Assembly (NCBI GenBank): GCA_000503915.1
Contig: CP006915.1
Location: forward strand, 600,001 to 632,000
Direction of reading: 5' to 3'
Length of the DNA: 32,000 nucleotides
From: Candidatus Saccharimonadota bacterium
GTDB taxonomy: Bacteria > Patescibacteriota > Saccharimonadia > Saccharimonadales > Saccharimonadaceae
Under the pieces are notes generated by a model. It was not told the DNA's origin. It saw only the letters and a list, made by a program, of their open reading frames with translations, and made no database searches. Below, in pieces: positions 8,516 to 16,379 of this stretch. A program made the translations under genes and the position numbers. Within the stretch, counting starts at the first letter, position 1, and every line of letters starts with the position of its first letter.

Positions 8516-9061
8516 ATGACAGAATTACTAACACAATTTGCCTCAGCCGAAGCGGGCTCGGGCAACCTGTTCTCAGCGCTCGGTATCGACTGGCAAATGC
8601 TGATCTTTCAGAGTATTGCCTTTGTGATACTTGTCTTTCTGTTGGGAAAATTCGTTTTTCCGATTTTGATGAAGTCGGTCGACGAACACCAGGCAAAGAT
8701 TGAAGAAAGCATTAAGGCTGCTGATGAAGCGGCAAAGCAAGCTCGTGAAGCTGAGGAAAAAATCGAAGCGACGCTTAAGAAAGCTCGCGGTGAGGCCGCG
8801 GACATCGTTTCTATTGCCAAGACTGAAGCAACGCAAATGATTGAAAAGGCCGAGGATCACGCCAAGGGTCGTGCGGAGCGTATTGTTGCCAAGGCTCAAG
8901 AGGAGCTGCAGAAAGACGTGTTGGCTGCACGAAAGACACTGGAAAAAGATACGATTGCTTTCGTCAAGAAGGCCGCCAGTTTGGCTGTGTCATCGGTGGC
9001 CGATGACCGGCTCGATACAGCAATCGTTAAAAAATCAATCGAGGAGGCCAGGCGGTCGTAA
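8516..9061 (+). CDS. atpF: F0F1 ATP synthase subunit b
   Basis: One N-terminal TM helix followed by a long charged Ala/Glu/Lys-rich helix. Operon position fits. Confidence 0.85.
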   Translation: MTELLTQFASAEAGSGNLFSALGIDWQMLIFQSIAFVILVFLLGKFVFPILMKSVDEHQAKIEESIKAADEAAKQAREAEEKIEATLKKARGEAADIVSIAKTEATQMIEKAEDHAKGRAERIVAKAQEELQKDVLAARKTLEKDTIAFVKKAASLAVSSVADDRLDTAIVKKSIEEARRS

Positions 9062-9450
9062 TGGCAGGGGCAATTTCTCGGCGTAAACTTTCACAGTACG
9101 TAGCTGATCGCCTCGCAGAGGGTGAGTCGAATGGTATGGTACTCCGTGAACTTGCAGCCTACCTGATCGAAACGCATCGCCAACGTGAAGCCGAGCTGAT
9201 CATCCGTGATGTCGAAACAGCCCTGCTCGCGCGTGGCATGGCAGCAGCGACGGTTACTTCGGCGCGTCCGCTCAGTGAAGATGCAAAAAAGTCACTCGAG
9301 ACCTTTATTAAAAGTCAGTACGAGGGCATCGAGCGAGTAGCGCTGAAGGAGCAGATTGATACTTCACTCATCGGCGGTATGCGACTTAAGCTGCCAGATA
9401 AGCAACTTGATGCGAGTGTGAAAACGAGATTAGAGAAATTGGGCGCTTAA
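9061..9450 (+). CDS. atpH: F0F1 ATP synthase subunit delta (short form, 129 aa)
   Basis: C-terminal LIGGMRLKLPDKQLDASVKTRLEKL matches the delta/OSCP C-terminal motif. TAATG overlap with atpF. Confidence 0.75.
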   Translation: MAGAISRRKLSQYVADRLAEGESNGMVLRELAAYLIETHRQREAELIIRDVETALLARGMAAATVTSARPLSEDAKKSLETFIKSQYEGIERVALKEQIDTSLIGGMRLKLPDKQLDASVKTRLEKLGA

Positions 9451-9462
9451 AGAGAGGAATAT

Positions 9463-10998
9463 ATGGCTGAACTAAATGTTGCAGAATTATCAAAAGAACT
9501 TCAAAGCGCGATTGCCGGGCTGGAAGGCTCGGAAGGCTTGAAAGACGCCGGTGTCGTCATCCGTGTCGGAGACGGTGTCGCTTGGGTGCATGGCCTGAAA
9601 GAGGCTGGGTACAGCGAGGTGCTTGAAATCGATACCAAGAAAGGCGTCGTTGAAGCATTTGCCCTGAACCTCATGGAAGATGAAATTGGTGCCGTTATCC
9701 TCGGTGATGACAGCCAGGTCGCGGCCGGCGACACGGTTCGTCTAAAAGGTGTTGTACTGGAAGTGCCGGTTGGCGAAGAACTGCTTGGCCGCGTCGTTGA
9801 CCCACTCGGTCGTCCGCTTGATGGCGGTTCGGCGATTAAAACGAAGCGCACCGGCCGTGTTGAGCGTGAAGCTATCGGCGTGATGGGGCGTAAGCACGTC
9901 CATGAACCACTCATGACTGGTATTATGGCGATTGACGCTATGTTCCCGATCGGTCGCGGTCAGCGTGAGCTGATCATCGGTGACCGCCAGACGGGAAAGA
10001 CAGCAATTGTGCTCGATACTATGATCAACCAGTCCAAGCAAAAATCCGGCGTCGTCAACATCTATGTTGCAATTGGACAGAAGCTTTCTAAAGTTGCGCG
10101 TATCGTTGAGCGCCTTAAGCAAGAAGGCGTGATGGAGCAGACCATTGTGGTTGCGACCGGTCCTTCTGACCCAGCTTCGATGCTTTACCTAGCGCCTTAT
10201 GCCGCTACCGCTATGGGTGAATATTTCCGTGATAACAAAGGCCATGCACTGATGGTTTACGACGACTTGTCAAAGCACGCCGTCGCCTACCGCCAGATGT
10301 CGCTACTGCTGCGCCGTCCACCGGGACGTGAGGCTTTCCCCGGTGATGTCTTCTACCTGCACTCTCGCCTGCTCGAGCGTTCGGCGAAGCTTTCCGACGA
10401 TCTAGGTGCTGGCTCATTAACTGCCCTGCCGATCATCGAGACGCAGGCCGGTGACATTTCTGCCTACATTCCGACCAACGTTATTTCGATTACCGACGGT
10501 CAGATCTTTATGGAAACTGATCTGTTTAACCAAGGCATCCGCCCGGCTATCTCGGCTGGTCTGTCGGTCTCTCGTGTCGGTGGTGATGCCCAGACGAAGA
10601 CGGTTAAATCTGTCTCTGGCCATTTAAAACTCGGCCTCTCGCAGTTCCGTGAGCTTGCCAGTTTCGCTCAGTTCGGTTCCGATCTTGACGAAGCGACCAA
10701 AGCGCAGATCGACCGCGGTCAGCGCTTGACTGAACTGCTCAAGCAGTCGCAGTACCAGCCGATGAGCGTTTGGGAACAGACCGCAAGTATTTATGCTGTC
10801 AGTGAAGGTACCTTCGATAGCGTACCGGTTGCCAAGATCAAGGACGCGCAAAGTGCTATGCTTACTAAACTGTGGACCGATCACAAGTCGGAGATGCATG
10901 AGCTCGATAAGGGTGATGAAAAAGTTGGAACAGACAGTCCGGCAGCCAAATTAATCGTCAATGTGGCAAAATCGGTTGCGAAAGGATTTGAAGATTAA
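9463..10998 (+). CDS. atpA: F0F1 ATP synthase subunit alpha
   Basis: GDRQTGKT Walker A, YDDLSKHA, and [21 protein letters not shown]. Confidence 0.97.
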   Translation: MAELNVAELSKELQSAIAGLEGSEGLKDAGVVIRVGDGVAWVHGLKEAGYSEVLEIDTKKGVVEAFALNLMEDEIGAVILGDDSQVAAGDTVRLKGVVLEVPVGEELLGRVVDPLGRPLDGGSAIKTKRTGRVEREAIGVMGRKHVHEPLMTGIMAIDAMFPIGRGQRELIIGDRQTGKTAIVLDTMINQSKQKSGVVNIYVAIGQKLSKVARIVERLKQEGVMEQTIVVATGPSDPASMLYLAPYAATAMGEYFRDNKGHALMVYDDLSKHAVAYRQMSLLLRRPPGREAFPGDVFYLHSRLLERSAKLSDDLGAGSLTALPIIETQAGDISAYIPTNVISITDGQIFMETDLFNQGIRPAISAGLSVSRVGGDAQTKTVKSVSGHLKLGLSQFRELASFAQFGSDLDEATKAQIDRGQRLTELLKQSQYQPMSVWEQTASIYAVSEGTFDSVPVAKIKDAQSAMLTKLWTDHKSEMHELDKGDEKVGTDSPAAKLIVNVAKSVAKGFED

Positions 10999-11864
10999 TG
11001 CTAAGTCAGCGTCAGCTTAAAAGTCGTATCCGCTCGGTGAAAAATACCAAGCAGATTACAAAAGCTATGCAGATGGTGGCGGCGTCGAAGATGCGACGTG
11101 CGCAAGGTGCCACGAAGCTGACGGCACCGTATACTAAGACGGCTCGAGAAATACTTGCTCACTTGGCGAAACTAGGTGCCACGAATGGCCATCCGTTGTT
11201 TGAAGTTCGTGAAGTCAAAAGCCGCCTGCTGATCGTCATTGCCAGTGATAAAGGACTTGCTGGTGCATATAACGCCAATATCGCCAAGCATTATTTTCAA
11301 GAACTGGTCAGTGACGATAAGATAAAGATTAAAACGCATAGTATCGCTGTCGGCCGCAAAGTGACGCAGTTCGTCACGCGCTTGAAGGATGCTGAGCTTG
11401 TTGGCGCCTACGAAGACCTACCAGATAACCTAGAGGGTTACGAGTTACGCGCTGCACTGGATACCGCCTACAATCTATTTATGGTCGGGACCGTGGACGC
11501 GGTCGACGTGGTATATACAGAGTTTATCTCTAGTGTCACGCAGACACCGAAGACGGAGCGACTATTGCCGGCTGGTCAGGCTGCTGAGAATAACGATGCG
11601 ATTCCAGCAGAAGCGGAATTTGAGCCGGACACGGAGACGGTACTCAAGAATGTCGTCTATCGCCTGGTGGGAGCGCAATTATTCCAGGCGTTACTCGATG
11701 CCCGTGCGTCCGAACACAGCATGCGCATGATCGCCATGAAAAACGCGACCGACAACGCCAGCGATCTTGTTGATGACTTGACACTCGCTATGAACAAGGC
11801 GCGCCAGGCAGCGATTACGCAGGAGCTGGCAGAGATTAGCGGCGGGTCGGAGGCAATGGGATGA
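10998..11864 (+). CDS. atpG: F0F1 ATP synthase subunit gamma
   Basis: N-terminal IRSVKNTKQITKAMQMVAASKMRRAQ and C-terminal NKARQAAITQELAEI. TAATG overlap with atpA. Confidence 0.93.
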   Translation: MLSQRQLKSRIRSVKNTKQITKAMQMVAASKMRRAQGATKLTAPYTKTAREILAHLAKLGATNGHPLFEVREVKSRLLIVIASDKGLAGAYNANIAKHYFQELVSDDKIKIKTHSIAVGRKVTQFVTRLKDAELVGAYEDLPDNLEGYELRAALDTAYNLFMVGTVDAVDVVYTEFISSVTQTPKTERLLPAGQAAENNDAIPAEAEFEPDTETVLKNVVYRLVGAQLFQALLDARASEHSMRMIAMKNATDNASDLVDDLTLAMNKARQAAITQELAEISGGSEAMG

Positions 11865-11870
11865 ATCTAG

Positions 11871-13262
<1,392 letters not shown>

Positions 13263-13268
13263 TACACC

Positions 13269-13694
13269 GTGGATTTTCAACTCATCACTCTGCATGGAGT
13301 CGCTCTCAATAAAGAGGTCTATGAGGTAATGCTACCGACGGCTGATGGCCCAATCTCCGTCTTCCCTGGCCATGAGCCGCTTGTCTCGATTGCAACGCCG
13401 GGTGTCATCGCTGTCCGCCATCAGAAAATAGATGACGATGATCATCTGGAGTACTTTGCAGTCGGTGGTGGGGTGATCGAGGTTACGCAAAAATCAATCA
13501 AGGTGCTGGTTGATGAAGCTGATCATGGTGATGATATCATCGAAGCTGAAAGCAAGGCCGCGCTTGAGCGTGCCATAAAACTACGTGATAGTGCAAAGGA
13601 TCAGATTGAGATCGAAAAAGCGCATCAGTTGATTGATCGTCATATGATACGCCTGAAAGTTGCCGACCTGCGTCGCCGCCACCGACGAGGCTAA
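13269..13694 (+). CDS. atpC: F0F1 ATP synthase subunit epsilon
   Basis: Last gene of the operon. N-terminal beta-sandwich-like region (GPISVFPGHEPL) followed by a helical tail. GTG start. Confidence 0.9.
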   Translation: MDFQLITLHGVALNKEVYEVMLPTADGPISVFPGHEPLVSIATPGVIAVRHQKIDDDDHLEYFAVGGGVIEVTQKSIKVLVDEADHGDDIIEAESKAALERAIKLRDSAKDQIEIEKAHQLIDRHMIRLKVADLRRRHRRG

Positions 13695-13707
13695 GTTACC
13701 TCTAGCG

Positions 13708-13736
13708 TTGTAAATAATTTTAAACGTCGCTATACT
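13708..13736 (+). promoter_or_regulatory. Sigma70-like promoter for the pilin gene (TTGTAA, 17-nt spacer, TATACT)
   Basis: -35 at 13708-13713, 17-nt spacer, -10 at 13731-13736. The ATG lies 10 nt further on. Confidence 0.55.
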
Positions 13737-13746
13737 GAAAGCTATT

Positions 13747-14298
13747 ATGCTTTCTGGCCAAAATCAGCGAGGTTTTACAATTGTTGAATTGCTTATTGTA
13801 ATCGTGGTAATTGCTATTTTAGTCGCTGTTACTATAGTGGCATATAGCGGGGTACAGTCACGAGCACGCGACAATATCCGCTATCAAGATGCTAAGGCGA
13901 TTATTAATGCACTTGAGTTGTATAAAATTGACAACGGGAAATATCCGAATATGCCAGCCACTGCTGCTGGGGCGACTGGCTGCAGTGCTGGTGGCTACAA
14001 TTTCAGTTGGGCACAAGACGGCACATGGCTCAAACTACTTGTAGATGGGAAGTATTTACCAAGAGTCTTGTTGCCACCTATTAATGACTGTTCGCATTTC
14101 TACAGCTATATCTATCGAGCTGCTTCTAACTATGGATGCACGACCCGAACCTCGAATTATTACATTCTCCAAATTGTAGGAACGGATGGAACGATGACAC
14201 CAAGCGATAGTACGAGTTATTTCAAGCCATGCCCAGAGACGACGGTGGCCTGGGGCAGTAGTGCGTCAACCTGGGCATTCGCTAAGGACGATGATTAA
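13747..14298 (+). CDS. Type IV pilin-like protein (prepilin N-terminal cleavage/methylation domain)
   Basis: MLSGQNQRG|FTIVELLIVIVVIAIL is a class III signal with Glu at +5. Four Cys in the C-terminal globular part. Confidence 0.85.
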   Translation: MLSGQNQRGFTIVELLIVIVVIAILVAVTIVAYSGVQSRARDNIRYQDAKAIINALELYKIDNGKYPNMPATAAGATGCSAGGYNFSWAQDGTWLKLLVDGKYLPRVLLPPINDCSHFYSYIYRAASNYGCTTRTSNYYILQIVGTDGTMTPSDSTSYFKPCPETTVAWGSSASTWAFAKDDD

Positions 14299-14309
14299 CT
14301 TTATTAGAC

Positions 14310-15341
14310 TTATAATCTAAGAATTTCACGAACTTCGGCGGTACTTTTTGTATGCATTAGTTTATCGCGCAGCTCCGCTGCACCCTCAAAGTCACGGACA
14401 TAAATCTTGAAGAAGCGTTTGAGCGGATCAAATTTGCGCGGATACTCTGGTGTATTCCACTGATCATGAAGATCAAGGTGGAAATATAATAGGTCGATAA
14501 GCATTTTTTTGTTCGCAGCTTTTCGACTACGTTCTATCGCAGAGGGCGCTTCGTCAGCTGAAGCTGACTGCACTACGCTTTTACCCTCTACTCCAGAAGT
14601 AGCCGAGCGCTGCTCTACCGCTTGGAAGCAGAATGGATTATGAAACACGCCGCGCCCTATCATGATGCCGTCAACGCCAGTTTCTCTCGCAAGCTGTTCG
14701 CCGTGCGCGCGGTCTTCGATATCGCCGTTGATTGTTAGGAGCGTCTTGGGTGCTATATTGTCGCGCAGCTGTTTGATTTCCGGGATAAGCTCCAGGTGTG
14801 CCGGGACTTTGCTCATCTCTTTTTTGGTACGCAGGTGGATCGTTAGATTGACAATATCTTGGTGAAGAAGATGTGCCAGCCAGTCCTGCCATTCGTCTAA
14901 CTGGCTGTAGCCGAGACGAGTTTTGACGCTGACCGGTAATCCGCTGGTCTTAGCGGCTTCAATCATTTCACTTGCCAGTTCCGGCGTACGGATCATGGCT
15001 GCTCCCCCACCGCTCTTGGTCGCGGAACTATCAGGGCAACCCATGTTGATATCAATGCCATCGTAGCCAAGCTCTTTGCAGTGTAGCGCTAGCTTTGCTA
15101 TCGCTTCGGGTTCTGCACCCCAAAGCTGTGCGATGATCGAATGTTCATCGTCAGTTTTGACGAGCCGCCCACCGATAGCCTTGTCGCCAGCGTGCGTCCA
15201 ACCGGTAGCATTGGTAAATTCAGTAAAATACAGATCTGGCGCGGAGGCTTTTGCTACCACGTGCCGAAAAACCACATCAGTTACTGCCTCCATCGGAGCC
15301 AAAATAAAGAAAGGTCGTGGTAAATCGCGCCAGATATTCAT
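14310..15341 (-). CDS. tRNA-dihydrouridine synthase (Dus family)
   Basis: FILAPMEAVTD, DINMGCPD (catalytic Cys) and a TIM-barrel pattern. Start placed at ATG 15341, because the upstream 30 codons overlap a better small ORF. Confidence 0.85.
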   Translation of the reverse strand: MNIWRDLPRPFFILAPMEAVTDVVFRHVVAKASAPDLYFTEFTNATGWTHAGDKAIGGRLVKTDDEHSIIAQLWGAEPEAIAKLALHCKELGYDGIDINMGCPDSSATKSGGGAAMIRTPELASEMIEAAKTSGLPVSVKTRLGYSQLDEWQDWLAHLLHQDIVNLTIHLRTKKEMSKVPAHLELIPEIKQLRDNIAPKTLLTINGDIEDRAHGEQLARETGVDGIMIGRGVFHNPFCFQAVEQRSATSGVEGKSVVQSASADEAPSAIERSRKAANKKMLIDLLYFHLDLHDQWNTPEYPRKFDPLKRFFKIYVRDFEGAAELRDKLMHTKSTAEVREILRL

Positions 15342-15351
15342 AGAAACAATA

Positions 15352-15531
15352 TTATTCAGCTGCCGGAATGATCTCGGCGCCGTCGCGCTCTTCCCCTTGA
15401 GATTTGTAGAGAATATCAAACAGCGCGGCATCGGAGAGTCCTTGAGCTACTTTTGGCGGCAGCTCAAACTTGAGGTCGCGCAAAACCTCGTCCTGAGTAT
15501 GAATAGCTAGTTGGTCGTGTACCATCGTCAT
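15352..15531 (-). CDS. Hypothetical 59-aa protein (below the ORF-track size cutoff)
   Basis: AAGGAG lies 10 nt upstream of ATG 15531. Product: MTMVHDQLAIHTQDEVLRDLKFELPPKVAQGLSDAALFDILYKSQGEERDGAEIIPAAE*. The stop lies 10 nt before the dus ATG. Confidence 0.5.
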   Translation of the reverse strand: MTMVHDQLAIHTQDEVLRDLKFELPPKVAQGLSDAALFDILYKSQGEERDGAEIIPAAE

Positions 15532-15652
15532 AGTGAGGAGACTCCTTTATGGTATTAAGACATGGGTTGAGTCTTCATAATATCATTTTTTTAGGCAAAA
15601 ATAAAACGCCTCACGCCGGACACGAATCATTATTCATATCGAGTGTGAGACG

Positions 15653-15666
15653 GACAGGAAATAGTG
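15653..15666. repeat. Left copy of a 14-bp perfect inverted repeat (GACAGGAAATAGTG)
   Basis: Exact reverse complement of 16247-16260. An imperfect extension, GTCTC, appears on both sides after a 1-2 nt offset. Confidence 0.8.
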
Positions 15667-15674
15667 GGTCTCAG

Positions 15675-15704
15675 GGGGCGGGATGACCGTAGCCACCCCG
15701 CCCC
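15675..15704 (-). terminator. GC-rich hairpin 6 nt downstream of the 55-aa ORF stop
   Basis: GGGGCGGG (15675-15682) pairs with CCCGCCCC (15697-15704), 8 bp. There is no U tract directly after it. Confidence 0.45.
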
Positions 15705-15710
15705 GCCGGA

Positions 15711-15878
15711 TTACGACTTGGCGCGGCCGTGAATCTTCTGCTCGCCCTTGGACCAGTGGTCGTTGTTACGAACACCTTGGTCGCCACGGTTGTCGTCGAC
15801 CATCCGCTGTTCCTCCGGTGTTCGGGCGGACGGTCGCTTCTTGGCTGCATCGCGAGCATCTTGGATGCTGTACGCCAT
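15711..15878 (-). CDS. Hypothetical 55-aa hydrophilic protein with GC-rich codon usage
   Basis: ATG at 15878 is preceded by GAAAGGGTGA. Product: MAYSIQDARDAAKKRPSARTPEEQRMVDDNRGDQGVRNNDHWSKGEQKIHGRAKS*. Third codon positions are mostly G/C, unlike neighbouring genes. Confidence 0.5.
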   Translation of the reverse strand: MAYSIQDARDAAKKRPSARTPEEQRMVDDNRGDQGVRNNDHWSKGEQKIHGRAKS

Positions 15879-15897
15879 GTGATCACCCTTTCGGGTC

Positions 15898-16157
15898 AAA
15901 ACTCACACGGACGATCCGCGTGAGGCATTGCTGATCAAGCTTGGGCTCCGACGGGCTTTGGGCTTCGGGGTTTCCCATAGCCCGTCGGAGCGGTCTAGCT
16001 GACGGACGAGCCCAGCGCGCAGCGGCAAACAGCCGAGCTCGCCCGTCAGGTCTTGGAGCGGAGCCACCGGACGCATCGCCGGTGGCTCCGCAGAGAAGCG
16101 GGTGTCGAGGGAGACGGGTGACCGATCCATTCCACGGCCATCTTTTACCCACTTCTC
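15898..16157 (-). ncRNA. Array of five consecutive long hairpins (structured RNA or leader) between the tRNA-like element and the small ORF
   Basis: Stems, in plus-strand coordinates: 16093-16103/16147-16157 (11 bp); 16058-16070/16079-16091 (13 bp, perfect); 15999-16011/16037-16049 (13 bp); 15946-15957/15979-15990 (12 bp, perfect); 15902-15910/15916-15924 (9 bp, followed by UUUU). Every non-Watson-Crick position is G-U on the minus strand and A-C on the plus strand. Confidence 0.45.
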
Positions 16158-16159
16158 GG

Positions 16160-16235
16160 TGGGACTGATAGGGTTCGAACCTACGACCTCCACCTAGTAG
16201 TGTGGGTGGTGCTCTTCCTCTTCGGCTACAGCCCC
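16160..16235 (-). tRNA. tRNA-like element, non-canonical; anticodon not assignable
   Basis: GGGGCTG-TA-GCCGAAGAGGAAGAGC-A-CCACC-CACACTACTA-GGTGG-AGGTC-GTAGG-TTCGAAC-CCTAT-CAGTCCC-A. It has a 7-bp acceptor stem, 5-bp anticodon stem, 5-bp T stem and a TTCGAAC T loop. The anticodon loop is 10 nt with no U33 context, the D stem has only 2 pairs, and no CCA is encoded. Confidence 0.6.
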
Positions 16236-16246
16236 TCTAGAGACTG

Positions 16247-16260
16247 CACTATTTCCTGTC
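16247..16260. repeat. Right copy of the 14-bp perfect inverted repeat (CACTATTTCCTGTC)
   Basis: Exact reverse complement of 15653-15666. Lies 11 nt upstream of the 5' end of the tRNA-like element. Confidence 0.8.
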
Positions 16261-16275
16261 AAAATACATTTTGAC
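16258..16275. promoter_or_regulatory. 18-bp palindrome GTCAAAAT-AC-ATTTTGAC (candidate dimeric-protein binding site)
   Basis: Perfect 8+8 inverted repeat with a 2-nt centre. It overlaps the right IR copy by 3 nt. A 2-nt loop is too tight for a favourable RNA hairpin. Confidence 0.4.
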
Positions 16276-16277
16276 GG

Positions 16278-16329
16278 GGAGCGCAGATACCAGCCTGCGA
16301 ATAAGTTCGTAGACTCCTATCCGCGCTCC
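16278..16329 (-). other. Leader hairpin (12-bp stem) between the promoter and the tRNA-like element
   Basis: The minus strand reads GGAGCGCGGATA...TATCTGCGCTCC, with one G-U that would be A-C on the plus strand. An inner CGAA-CTTA-TTCG hairpin is present. Confidence 0.55.
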
Positions 16330-16349
16330 GACCCGCCAAAAGTAGTATT

Positions 16350-16378
16350 ATTTTACTGCAATTGCGCGTATGTGTCAA
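16350..16378 (-). promoter_or_regulatory. Near-consensus sigma70 promoter (TTGACA, 17-nt spacer, TAAAAT)
   Basis: On the minus strand: TTGACA at 16378-16373, 17-nt spacer, TAAAAT at 16355-16350. It starts 1 nt after the helicase stop codon. Predicted start site is near 16343. Confidence 0.65.
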
Positions 16379-16379
16379 C

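Noticed and set aside
9501-10899. Several antisense or alternate-frame ORFs inside atpA. Similar ones occur inside atpD, nrdJ and the helicase gene.
   Set aside because: They are embedded in strongly supported conserved genes, and their products are Ser/Arg/Pro-rich, as is typical of off-frame translation.
15342-15431. N-terminal extension of dus to ATG 15431.
   Set aside because: The extension is not Dus-like, and it overlaps the 59-aa ORF, which has a consensus Shine-Dalgarno.
15683-16193. Track ORFs inside the GC-rich island: 15683-15934, 15729-15923, 15941-16168 (+), and 15671-15886, 15883-16152, 15903-16193 (-).
   Set aside because: Long open frames on both strands are expected by chance in GC-rich DNA. 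These lack start contexts, overlap the tRNA-like element or perfect hairpins, and encode Arg/Pro/Gly-rich products.
15674-16197. tmRNA hypothesis: a GGGGG... 5' end, a G3-U70-like pairing with the ...CCTCCACC 3' end on the plus strand, and a palindromic GGTTCGAACC.
   Set aside because: On the plus strand only 5 acceptor pairs form and the T stem has an A-C mismatch. No tag-like reading frame ending in a hydrophobic Ala-rich tail was found. ~520 nt is too long. All helices fit the minus strand better.
15653-16260. Calling the inverted-repeat-bounded segment a MITE or IS element.
   Set aside because: No target-site duplication, no transposase, and only one copy is visible in this window. It is reported as a repeat and a finding, not as a mobile element.
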